Notes under the pieces: model-generated
Seen by the model: only the letters and a program-made list of their open reading frames with translations
Databases searched by the model: none
What the model was told of the DNA's origin: nothing
Source: Caecitellus pseudoparvulus
Taxonomy: Eukaryota > Protista > Bigyra: Bicosoecida
Direction of reading: 5' to 3'
Assembly (NCBI GenBank): GCA_965644315.1
Contig: CBFFRQ010000196.1
Coordinates: 8,081-72,080, forward strand
DNA length: 64,000 bases
In this document: piece after piece, positions 9,100-18,740 of the stretch
How the letters are laid out: each line of letters starts with the position of its first letter
How positions within the stretch are numbered: the stretch's first letter is position 1
Position numbers and translations under genes: made by a program

Positions 9100-9117
9100 C
9101 TAACCCCTAACCCCTAA
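9100..9117 (+). repeat. Innermost variant telomeric repeats (CTAA-CCCCTAA-CCCCTAA) at the chromosome-healing junction
   Basis: Abuts a gene copy truncated relative to its paralog at ~13662. Confidence 0.85.
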
Positions 9118-9960
9118 ACAGCGGGTCCCGCGCACTGCCTCCATCGTTGTGGGCGGTGTGTGTGGAGGGCGGGCTGTCACACTGCACGGCCTTGCCGCCC
9201 ACCACCTCCACGCCACCCACGAGCAGGGTGGACTTGCCGACCAAGCGAGCAGTGCGCTGGGCGAGGTGGGGCGGGATGGTGTTGCGGGAGCTGGGCGGCG
9301 TCGTGGCGTGCAGCCCCACCGCCGTGAACAGCAGCACCGGCGCCAGAGCCGTGCCCTGCTCCCTGCTCAGTGCCCCGTCTGCCAGTTGCAAACAGGCTGC
9401 CCGGGCCAGGGCGAACAGGCGCTCATCCCCAGCCAGCCACGCCGCCACGCCAGGCGGTGGGGGGCAGCTCCCCACACTCGCCACTGCCACGGTGTTCAGG
9501 ACGGCGCCCAACCACCTGACTGCCGGCTCCCGTACCTGCCACTCTCGCCGTCGCGGTTGAACACAACGATGCTGTCTCCAGCCGCCCCCGCTACACGTTT
9601 GCCCTGCGAAAGTCGCCGTGGAAGGTGCAAATATGGTTGCCACGTCGGCTGCGCCGGCACGCACGTCCTCTGACACTGCCACGTGCGTGATGAAGGTGCT
9701 GCCCGAGAGGAAGGCAGTGCCTTTCGCCAGCTCCACTTCGTTAGTGCCAGTGTTCTCCACGTGCACCATGGTCTGGGGAGCAAGGCAGCGGCGGTTGCGG
9801 AATTTGCACGCCACTCGCAGCCGTCGAATGCCCGCCTGCGCACCAGAGCATTCTCAACGCCAGTCTTGGAGCTGTCACCGCCTGAAACAGCCAGAGTACC
9901 ACCTGCGAGGGGCACCAGTTGGAAGACGGGTGCCCCCATGGAGGCGCTGGACAGCGCCAT
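9107..9960 (-). pseudogene. 3'-truncated copy of the SEC12-N/UTP20-C chimeric gene (intron 9773..9843), cut by the telomere
   Basis: Paralogous to 13166..14508 up to DPLF, after which telomeric sequence supplies RG-stop. Confidence 0.7.
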
Positions 9961-10572
9961 GCCTTTGTTGTGGCTTGTGAGAGAGCAATCGCCACCACGC
10001 CAATGAATATCGTGTGGGCAAGGAAGGGTGACGGAGCCACACTGCCAGACACGACAAGGCCGCAACCCTTACACACAAAAGTGCGGGCACAGCAAAGCGG
10101 GCGGTTTTGCCCCGTCCACTGCAGTGTATGGACAGCGCTGCTCGGAGCGCACCAGTCCACCCCCTCCATCGCACTCCGCGCCTTGGCGCAGCTCCCGTCA
10201 GCACTCGAACGGGGATCTTTCGGATGTCCAGATAGCTAGTTCCGCACCTTTCGTGCTGGGATGATGCGCACCGCATCGAGCGGAGCGGGACACCCTTCAT
10301 ATGTCTTGCACCAAATTGCTCCTCATCCATTTCCCACTCTTACTTGTGGGTTCATTGGGCATCCGGACATCAGCGTGCATTGTGCCTTGTCTCCGCTCCT
10401 GGCCGCCACAGGTGAGCGTGCTCTGGTGCAAGTGCGGAAGTTGCTCCCTCGTACACGTCAGATGCGACAACGCCTCCCCGCCACACCAATGCACCTGCCT
10501 ACTGCCTACACCCCACAGGAGCTTGCTGCATAGCACTGCCACACTTGGCAAGACCCCCTACCATCCATCGCC

Positions 10573-12918
10573 ATGGTGCGTGGGTGTAGGCACGGCGCCT
10601 CGCTTTCGCCAGCACTTGCGACAAAGCGTGTCGCACACACTGCACGGCACACAGCGCCCTGCCCCTCCCCGACGCCTCAGGCAGCAGCAACAGGACAGGT
10701 CACGGAGGGCAGTGCAGCAGCTACTCCAGGCGTCGATGACACACACGCTGAGGCGGTGGCGGCATGCTTGCGCAAGATGCAGTGCTTGCCGGGCAGCGTC
10801 ATGGACCACGGCCCAGCACTGCGAGGACTGGCAGCCATTGGGCGTGGCGAAGCGCCTGTTGCAGGTGATGACGCCCCATCGGCCATGAGCCTGGTGGAGC
10901 TGGAGGCTGCACTGCGTGATGCGGGGAGTGCGCTGTTGGAGCAGGCTGGGCTGTTGGCGGGGCAGCGTGAGCGAGGTGGTGTGTGTGCTGCGCTGCAGTA
11001 CCTGTCGTTCCGGTGCTTCTGCGCGGTGGATGTGCTTCATCAAGCGGCATCTGGTGTGGGTGTTGATGCGGTGCCGGGGGGCGAAGCACTGTGGGGCGCC
11101 ATTGTGGGTGCTTGGGGCAGTGTACGGGCCGGTGTGAACGTAGAGGGTGCGCTGGCTGACCTGACGCGATGGTGGCAAGGCTTCATAGTGGAGGATTCGA
11201 TTGTGGCTCGTGGGGTTGGCTCCGTCACACATGATGCCGGTGGCGAGGCAGCGATGGATGCGGCTCTGGCTGGCATGCGTCAGCAGGCTGGTTGGCTGCG
11301 AGGCGAAGCGGCAGGCGAGTTGACGAGTGAGAGTGCTGCGGAGCACTTGGAGTGTGCTGCGAGTGCGGTGGAAGAGTTGCGTGGGCTGTTGGGGTGTGCG
11401 CCGGTGATGAGTGGTCGGAGGGTGAAGGCTGTGGATGGCTTGGACTTGTCGGGCGGCTTGGGGTGCATGAACGGCAAGGGTGTGAGTGTGTACAGTGGGA
11501 GGGTTGAGATCGTGGATGAGGATGTGGGTGGAGCTGGGGATGTGGAGCAGTGGGCAGCAAGTGTGGAGGGGGGTGCGAGGGCGCTTGCCACGAGTGTTGG
11601 CGCTGTGAAGCGTGTTCAAGCGGCTCGCATCGCCCATGGCCTGCCGCGGATGGCGCAGACTCCACGCAAAGTCGCTATGGCACACATTTGTGGAGCTGGC
11701 AGGGCTGATGAGCCGGTTGGCGAGAGGAGCAGTGTCACAGTGCAAGTGCAGTGTGAGGCGGGTTGGCCGCTGAGGGTGTTCCTGGAGGATGAAGCGTGGG
11801 GCGATGTTGGGCTGGATGTGAAGCAGCGTGTGGCTGTGAAGGTGCTGGGTGTGTGTGCTGTGGCGGAGGCGTGCGGAGTGAGTCTGAGTGGTGTGGGTGT
11901 GGGGAGCTTTGTGGTGGTGGGTGTGGGGAGTGGCAGTGTGGGTGACCTTGTGGCCGCACTGGATGGGGGTGAGTGTGAGGTGGTATTGAGTGCGTGTGGC
12001 GGTGTGTGGGGCTTAGATCGCACTGAAGGCGGCAACCGTGATGTGAAGGGTGTGTTAAGTGTGCTGCGTGAGGTGCTTGGTGTGGGAGGTGGGGCCTTGG
12101 GTGGCGGATCGGGCGTTGGGTCGAGCTTCGTCGGCAGCGGTGAAGGTGGCGAACATGTATTGTCGAGCGCGTTGGAGGTGTTGGAGCGGGGAGGGAGTGG
12201 TTGCTGCATGGGTGCATACGCGGTGGCATGTGAAGGAAGTGGGGGTGGAGTGGGGCGTTTGTCAGGTGTGGAAAGTGCGGTGCGGGGTGTGCTTGATGGT
12301 GAGCAGGCAGCTGCTGCGGCAGGTCAGGCTGAGGCAGCTCAAGCTGAGGCTGTACCGGCTACAGAGTCGGAGGTTGCTGCCGAGCAAGTGAAGTTAAGCG
12401 AGGAGAACACCACAGCGTTTGTGGAAGCGTGCAAGGATGGGGAGCTTGCGAGAGTGCGCGAGTTGCTTTCATTGACGGGGGATGAGGCAGTGGATGTACA
12501 TGCGGAAGGAAATGTTGAGATCTGGCCAAGGGTTTGCAGACAGGGCCCTGAGGCTGGCTTCCGATGGGCCTGCGCCAGGGGCCGCACAGACATCGTGCGT
12601 GAGCTGCTGGACCTGACTGGGGCGCGGGCAGTGGATGTGCATGCGGCGGATGTGTTTGGACCCGAGGCCGCCTTCCGAGGCGCATGCGAGAATGGCCACA
12701 CAGACGTTGTGCGTGAGCTGCTGGCCCTCACTGGGGCGCGGGCAGTGGATGTGCACGCGGCCGCTTGGGATGGACCTGAGGCTGGCTTCCGATGGGCATG
12801 CCGCAATGGCCGCACAGACATCGTGCGTGAGCTGCTGGGTCTCACTGGGCATCGCAGGATCCCAGACAGCGTGCGACAGGAAGCCACCAAGTTTGAGAGC
12901 TTGAAGGAGTTGATTTGA
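10573..12918 (+). CDS. Ankyrin-repeat protein (N-cap plus 3 repeats of 38 aa) with Gly/Val-rich N-terminal region
   Basis: GPEAxFRxACxxGxTDxVRELLxLTGARAVDVHA repeats. Confidence 0.8.
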   Translation: MVRGCRHGASLSPALATKRVAHTARHTAPCPSPTPQAAATGQVTEGSAAATPGVDDTHAEAVAACLRKMQCLPGSVMDHGPALRGLAAIGRGEAPVAGDDAPSAMSLVELEAALRDAGSALLEQAGLLAGQRERGGVCAALQYLSFRCFCAVDVLHQAASGVGVDAVPGGEALWGAIVGAWGSVRAGVNVEGALADLTRWWQGFIVEDSIVARGVGSVTHDAGGEAAMDAALAGMRQQAGWLRGEAAGELTSESAAEHLECAASAVEELRGLLGCAPVMSGRRVKAVDGLDLSGGLGCMNGKGVSVYSGRVEIVDEDVGGAGDVEQWAASVEGGARALATSVGAVKRVQAARIAHGLPRMAQTPRKVAMAHICGAGRADEPVGERSSVTVQVQCEAGWPLRVFLEDEAWGDVGLDVKQRVAVKVLGVCAVAEACGVSLSGVGVGSFVVVGVGSGSVGDLVAALDGGECEVVLSACGGVWGLDRTEGGNRDVKGVLSVLREVLGVGGGALGGGSGVGSSFVGSGEGGEHVLSSALEVLERGGSGCCMGAYAVACEGSGGGVGRLSGVESAVRGVLDGEQAAAAAGQAEAAQAEAVPATESEVAAEQVKLSEENTTAFVEACKDGELARVRELLSLTGDEAVDVHAEGNVEIWPRVCRQGPEAGFRWACARGRTDIVRELLDLTGARAVDVHAADVFGPEAAFRGACENGHTDVVRELLALTGARAVDVHAAAWDGPEAGFRWACRNGRTDIVRELLGLTGHRRIPDSVRQEATKFESLKELI

Positions 12919-13165
12919 TCCCAGGCCCCAAGCACAGACCAATGCACCATTCGACAAACCTGACACGCACCTCAGACCAGCACACATGCCCCACCTCCAC
13001 CTCTCCCCATACCGCACCACAATCCACCGCACCACAATCCACCGCACACACCACACCGCATCACACCTCATCACCATTCCCACGCACCCCACGCCCCCCT
13101 CACCTTCACTGCACTCCCCTCCGCACGGCACCAACGCCTCCCACACCCGCTTCCTGCCCTTCCCA

Positions 13166-14508
13166 CTACCGCCTCCGCAGCACCTTCAGCTTGTCCATGC
13201 GCTTCGCCACGTGGTGCTTCTTCGCCTGCGCCTTCTGGCTCCGACACTCTGCAGCTGCTGGCGGGTTCACCACCGCCTCCTGCGCCACCTGCTTCGCCCG
13301 CCGCTCCTTCGCTGCCGCCCTGGCCCGCCGCTCGCTGTTGTAGGCTGTCAAGAACACATTTGCACCCATGGCACCCTGCACACCCTCCAAGACCTCGGAT
13401 GCAAAGGCGCCTGCCTCTGCTGCAGCGGCCGCCTGTTGTGCCTGCTCTGACCAGGATGGCGCGTCGGCCAGGCGGGGGTCGCTGGCCACGTGCTCTGCCG
13501 CCTGCACAATGCGGAACACTACCCGCGCCACCGGCACCACGTAGCGCTGCAGGTCCGCCTGCGGCAAGTGCCCAGCCATGCCCCCGAACACGTTCAGCGC
13601 CGTGGTGGCCGCCGGCCCGCCCTGCTGCACTGCCGTGTTGCTGAGGCGCTGCAGCAGCCAGAACAGCGGATCACGTGCACTACTGCCGTCGTCATCTTGG
13701 GCGGTGTGTGTGGAGGGCGGGCTGTCACGCTGCACCGCCTTGCCGCCCACCACCTCCACGCCACCCACGAGCAGGGTGGACTTGCCGGCCAAGCGAGCCG
13801 TGCGCTGGGCGAGGTGGGGCGGGATGGTGTTGCGGGAGCTGGGCGGCGTCGTGGCGTACAGCCCCACCACCGTGAACAGCAGCACCGGCGCCAAAGCCGT
13901 GCCCTGCTCCCTGCTCAGTGCCCCGTCCGCCAGCTGCACACAGGCTGCCCGGGCCAGGGCGAACAGGCGCTCATCCCCAGCCAGCCACGCCGCCACGCCA
14001 GGCAGTGGGGGGCAGCTCCCCACACTCGCCACTGCCACGGTGTTCAGGGCGGCGCCCAGCCACCTGGCTGCCGGCTCCCGTACCTGCCGCTCTCGCCGTC
14101 GCGGTTGAACACGACGATGCTGTCTCCAGCCGCGCCTGCCACGCGCTTGCCCTGCGAAAGTCGCCGTGGAAGGTGCAAATATGGTTGCCACGTCGGCTGC
14201 GCCGGCACTCACGTCCTCCGACACTGCCACGTGCGTGATGAAGGTGCTGCCCGAAAGGAACGCAGTGCCTTTCGCCAGCTCCACTTTGTTGGTGCCAGTG
14301 TTCTCCACGTGCACCATGGTCTGTGGAGCACAGCAGCGGCGGTTGCGGAATTTGCACGCCTCTCGCAGCCGTCGAATGCCCGCCTGCGCACCAGAGCATT
14401 CTCAATGCCAGTCTTGGAGCTGTCACCGCCTGAAACAGCCAGAGTACCACCTGCGAGGGGCACCAGTTGGAAGACGGGTGCCCCCATGGAGGCGCTGGAC
14501 AGCGCCAT
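13166..14508 (-). CDS. Chimeric gene: SEC12/PREB-like N-terminus fused to a UTP20-like C-terminal fragment (intron 14321..14391)
   Basis: PVFQLVPLAGGTLAVSGGDSSKTGIENAL resembles the Sec12 K-loop blade; ASEVLEGVQGAMGANVFLTAYNSERR...AVVNPPAAA...KRMDKLK resembles the UTP20 C-terminus; far too short for either full protein. Confidence 0.55.
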
Positions 14509-15118
14509 GCCTTTGTTGTGGCTTGGGACAGAGCAGTCGCCACCACGCCAATGAATATCGAGTGGGCAAGGAAGGGTGACGGAGCCACACTGCCAGACAC
14601 GACAAGGCCGCAACCCTTACACGCAAAAGTGCGGGCACAGCAGAGCGGGCGGTTTTGCCCCGTCCAGTGCCGTGTATGGACAGCGCTGCTCGGAGCGCAC
14701 CAGTCCACTCCCTCCATCGCACTCCGCGCCTTGGCGCAGCTCCCGTCAGCACTCGAACGGGGATCTTTCGGATGTCCAGATAGCTTGTTCCGCACCCTTC
14801 CTGCTGAGATGATGGGCACCGCATCGAGCGGAGCGGGGCACACCTGACATGCCTGCTACCAAAATGCACCTCAATTATATCCCAAACACCTGTGATGTCA
14901 CGGGACATTTGCACATCAGCGTGCCTGGCGTCTTGTCTTTAGTCTAGGCCGCCACAGGTGAGCGTGCACTGGTGCAAGTGCGGAAGTTGCTCCCTCGTAC
15001 ACGTCAGCTGCGACAGCGCCTTCCCACGGCACCAACACACGCGTCCACTGCCATCACCCCGCAGGAGTCGGCTTTACAGCACAGCTACGCCTGACTAGAC
15101 CCCCTGCCATCCATCGCC

Positions 15119-18100
15119 ATGGTGCGTGGGTGTGGGCATGGTGCCTCGCTTTCGCCAGCACTTGCGACAAAGCGTGTCGCACACACACCACAGCACACAG
15201 CGCCCTGCCCCTCCCCGACGCCACAGGCAGCAGCAATAGGACAAGCCACGGAGGGCAGTGGAGCAGCTACTCCAGGCATCGACGACGCACAGGCTGAGGT
15301 TGTGGCGGCATGCTTGCGCAAGGTGAAATGCTTGCCGGGCAGCGTCATGGACCACGGCCCAGCACTGCGAGGACTGGCAGCCATTGGGCGTGGCGAAGCG
15401 CCTGTCGCAGGTGATGCCCCATCGGCCATGAGCCTGGTGGAGCTGGAGGCTGCACTGCGCGATGCGGGGAGTGCGCTGTTGGAGCAGGCTGGGCTGTTGG
15501 CGGGGCAGCGTGAGCGAGGTGGTGTGTGTGCTGCGCTGCAGTACCTGTCGTTCCGGTGCTTCTGCGCGGTGGATGTGCTTCATCAAGCGGCATCTGGTGT
15601 GGGTGTTGATGCGGTGCCGGGGGGCGAAGCACTGTGGGGCGCCATTGTGGGTGCTTGGGGCAGTGTACGGGCCGGTGTGAACGTAGAGGGTGCGCTGGCT
15701 GACCTGACGCGATGGTGGCAAGGCTTTGAGGGGGGGGAGGTGGATGTAGCTGGTGAGGATGGCCCCGTCACACATGATGCTGGTGGTGAGGCAGCGGCGG
15801 ATGCGGCTTTGGCCGGCATGCGTCAGCAAGCTGAGTGGCTGCGAGGCGAGGCGGCAGGGGAGCTGAGGAGTGAGAGTGCTGCGGAGCACTTGGAGAGTGC
15901 TGCGAGTGCAGTGGAGGAGCTACGTGGGCTGTTGGGGTGTGCGCCGGTGATGAGTGGTCGGAAGGTGAAGGCTGTGGATGGCTTGGACTTGCCGGGCGGC
16001 TTGGAGTGTCTGAACGGCAAGGGTGTGAGCGTGTACAGTGGACGGGTTGAGATCGTGGATGAGGATGTGGGTGGAGCTGTGGATGTGGAGCAGTGGGCAG
16101 GGAGTGTGGAGGCGGGTGCGGCAGCGCTTGTCACGAGTGTTGGCGCCGTGAAGCGTGGCGAAGCGACTCGCATCGCCCGTGGACTGCCGCGGATGGCGCA
16201 GACACCACGCAAAGCAGCACTGGCACATATCTGTGGAGCGGGCAGGGCTGATGAGCCACTCGGCCAGAGGAGCATGGTGACGGTGCAGGTGCAGTGTGAG
16301 GCGGGGTGGCCGCTGGGGTTGTTCCTGGAGGATGAAGCTTGGGGCGATGTTGGGCTGGAGGTGAAGCAGCGCGTGGCTGTGAGGGTGTTGGGTGTGTGTG
16401 CTGTGGCGGAGGCGTGTGGAGTGAGTCTGAGTGGTGTGGGTGTGGGGAGCTTTGTGGTGGTGGGTGTGGGGAGTGGCAGTGTGGGGGATCTGGTGGGCGC
16501 ACTGGATGGGGGTGGGTGTGAGGTGGTGTTGAGTGCATGTGGCGGTGTGTGGGGCACAGGTCGCTCTGATGGTGGCAGCAGTGAGGGTGGTGGTGTGTTG
16601 AGTGTGCTGCGTGGGGTGCTTGGTGTGGCAGGTGGTGCGTTGGGTGGCGGATCGGGCGTTGGGTCAAGCTTGGTGGGGAGCGGTGAAGGTGGCGAACATT
16701 CACTGTCGGGTGCGTTGGAGGTGTTGACGCGAGAACGGAATGGTTGCTGCATGGGTGCATATGCGATGGCGTGTGAGGGAAGTGGGGGTGGACTGGGTCA
16801 TCTGGAAGGTGTGGAAAGTGCTGTGCGGGGTTTGCTTGATGAGGAGCAGGCAGGTGGTGCGGCGGGTCAGGCGGAGACAGCTGACGCAGAGGCTGTACCG
16901 GCTACAGAGTTGGAGATTGCTGCCGAGCAAGTGAAGTTCAGCGAGGAGAACACCACAGCGTTTGTGGAAGCGTGCAAGGAGGGCAAACTTGCCAGGGCGC
17001 GTGAGCTGCTGTCTTTGACGGGGGATGAGGCAGTGGACGTGCACGCGGCGGGATTTGTTCAGGTGGGGCCATTTCGCAGAAGTGATGGTCCTGAGGCTGC
17101 ATTCCGGTGGGCATGCTTCAATGGCCACACAGACATCGTGCGTGAGCTGCTGGGCCTGACTGGGGCGCGGGAGGTGGATGTGCATGCGGTGGATTGGTTT
17201 GGACCTGAGCCAGCCTTCCGAGTGGCATGCACCGAGGGCCACACCGACATCGTGCGTGAGCTTCTGGCTCTGACTGGTGCGCGGGAAGTGGATGTACACG
17301 CGGCAGATGAGGATGGACCTGAGGCCGCCTTCCGATGGGCATGCCGTGAAGGCCATTCAGACATCGTGTGTGTGCTGCTGGGCCTGACTGGGGCAAGGGA
17401 AGTGGATGTGCACGCAGCGGATGAGGATGGACCTGAGGCTGCCTTCCGATGGGCATGCCGTGAAGGTCATTCAGACATTGTGTGTGAGCTGTTGGGCCTG
17501 ACTGGAGTCAGGGCAGTGGATGTTCACGCAGGGGATGGTTATGGTCTTGAGGCTGCCTTCCGAAACGCATGTTTTTGGGGCCACATAGATATCGTGCGTG
17601 AGCTGCTGACGCTCACTGATGCAAGGGAAGTGGATGTGCATGCGGCGGATGATGATGGACCCGAGGCCGGCTTTCGAGAGGCATGCCATGCTGGCCACCC
17701 AGACATTATGCGTGAGCTACTTGCCCTCACCGGCGCGCGGGCAGTGGATGTGCACGCGGCGGATGGGGATGGACCAGAGGCCGCCTTCCGAGCAGCATGC
17801 GGAAGTGGCCGCGCAGACGTTGTGCGTGAGCTGCTGGCCCTGACCGGGGCGCGGGCAGTGGATGTGCACGCGGCGGATGGGGATGGACCAGAGGCCGCCT
17901 TCCGAGCAGCATGCGGAAGTGGCCGCGCAGACGTTGTGCGTGAGCTGCTGGCCCTGACCGGGGCGCGGGCAGTGGATGTGCATGCGGCGGATGGGGGTGG
18001 ACCTGAAGCAGCCTTCCGAAACGCATGCCGGGGTGGCCACATTGATGTCGTGCGTGAGCTGCTGGGCCTGACTGGGGCGCGGGAAGTGAATGTACACGCG

Positions 18101-18565
18101 GATGACGCGGCTGGGCCAGAGGCCGCCTTCCGAGGGGCGTGTGTCAATGATCATGTTGATGTCGTGCATGAGCTGCTGGGCCTGTCTGGGGCGCGGGAAG
18201 TGGATGTTCATGTTGCGGCATGGGGTGGACCTGAGGCTGCCTTCCGTTTGGCATGCGAGGAAGGTCACATTGACGTCGTGATTGAGCTGCTGGCCCTCAC
18301 AGGGGCAAGGGAGGTGGATGTGCGCGTTGGCGATGATTATGGACCTGAGGCTGCCTTCCGTGGGGCATGCGCTAATGGTTACCCTGACATTTTGCGCGAG
18401 CTGCTTGGTCTCACTGGTCACCGTGCGATCCCAGCCCAAGTCTGGCAAGAAAAGGGGGAGTCCATTGCCCAAGCAGCGCGTGATGCAGTGTGGGCTGGTA
18501 CAAGCACTCGGCATGGGCGACGTGGGATGCTCTTGCTGAGATCTCGTGGTGCGGGGCGTGCGTGA
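15119..18565 (+). CDS. Ankyrin-repeat protein (N-cap plus 12 repeats of 38 aa/114 bp)
   Basis: Twelve GPEAAFRxACxxGHxDxVRELL-type repeats; paralog of 10573..12918. Confidence 0.85.
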   Translation: MVRGCGHGASLSPALATKRVAHTPQHTAPCPSPTPQAAAIGQATEGSGAATPGIDDAQAEVVAACLRKVKCLPGSVMDHGPALRGLAAIGRGEAPVAGDAPSAMSLVELEAALRDAGSALLEQAGLLAGQRERGGVCAALQYLSFRCFCAVDVLHQAASGVGVDAVPGGEALWGAIVGAWGSVRAGVNVEGALADLTRWWQGFEGGEVDVAGEDGPVTHDAGGEAAADAALAGMRQQAEWLRGEAAGELRSESAAEHLESAASAVEELRGLLGCAPVMSGRKVKAVDGLDLPGGLECLNGKGVSVYSGRVEIVDEDVGGAVDVEQWAGSVEAGAAALVTSVGAVKRGEATRIARGLPRMAQTPRKAALAHICGAGRADEPLGQRSMVTVQVQCEAGWPLGLFLEDEAWGDVGLEVKQRVAVRVLGVCAVAEACGVSLSGVGVGSFVVVGVGSGSVGDLVGALDGGGCEVVLSACGGVWGTGRSDGGSSEGGGVLSVLRGVLGVAGGALGGGSGVGSSLVGSGEGGEHSLSGALEVLTRERNGCCMGAYAMACEGSGGGLGHLEGVESAVRGLLDEEQAGGAAGQAETADAEAVPATELEIAAEQVKFSEENTTAFVEACKEGKLARARELLSLTGDEAVDVHAAGFVQVGPFRRSDGPEAAFRWACFNGHTDIVRELLGLTGAREVDVHAVDWFGPEPAFRVACTEGHTDIVRELLALTGAREVDVHAADEDGPEAAFRWACREGHSDIVCVLLGLTGAREVDVHAADEDGPEAAFRWACREGHSDIVCELLGLTGVRAVDVHAGDGYGLEAAFRNACFWGHIDIVRELLTLTDAREVDVHAADDDGPEAGFREACHAGHPDIMRELLALTGARAVDVHAADGDGPEAAFRAACGSGRADVVRELLALTGARAVDVHAADGDGPEAAFRAACGSGRADVVRELLALTGARAVDVHAADGGGPEAAFRNACRGGHIDVVRELLGLTGAREVNVHADDAAGPEAAFRGACVNDHVDVVHELLGLSGAREVDVHVAAWGGPEAAFRLACEEGHIDVVIELLALTGAREVDVRVGDDYGPEAAFRGACANGYPDILRELLGLTGHRAIPAQVWQEKGESIAQAARDAVWAGTSTRHGRRGMLLLRSRGAGRA

Positions 18566-18740
18566 TGGAAATTACCAACACGGTAACGGATTACCCCAGC
18601 GTTTTTCCACTTGCACAACTTCCAACTCCCCACGCGCCCAACCAGAATCCTGCACTACAGAGCAGCACCCCCTTTCAGCACTTGAACTGCATTCCAGGCT
18701 TAATCTTGTACAGTCTTGGAGCTTTGCACCGTGACGGCTT

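Larger units (their letters stand above)
9118..18440. repeat. Tandem segmental duplication: unit 1 ~9118-12880, unit 2 ~13662-18440 (offset ~4546-4548 until the ankyrin array)
   Basis: Colinear, highly similar DNA and parallel ORF sets. Confidence 0.9.

Noticed and set aside
12960-13165. CA-rich tract as a telomere-like or satellite feature
   Set aside because: Irregular low-complexity sequence between convergent genes with no CCCTAA periodicity
17080-18430. CRISPR-like or DGR repeat-spacer array
   Set aside because: These are 114-bp in-frame coding ankyrin repeats; no cas genes and no adenine-specific TR/VR pair
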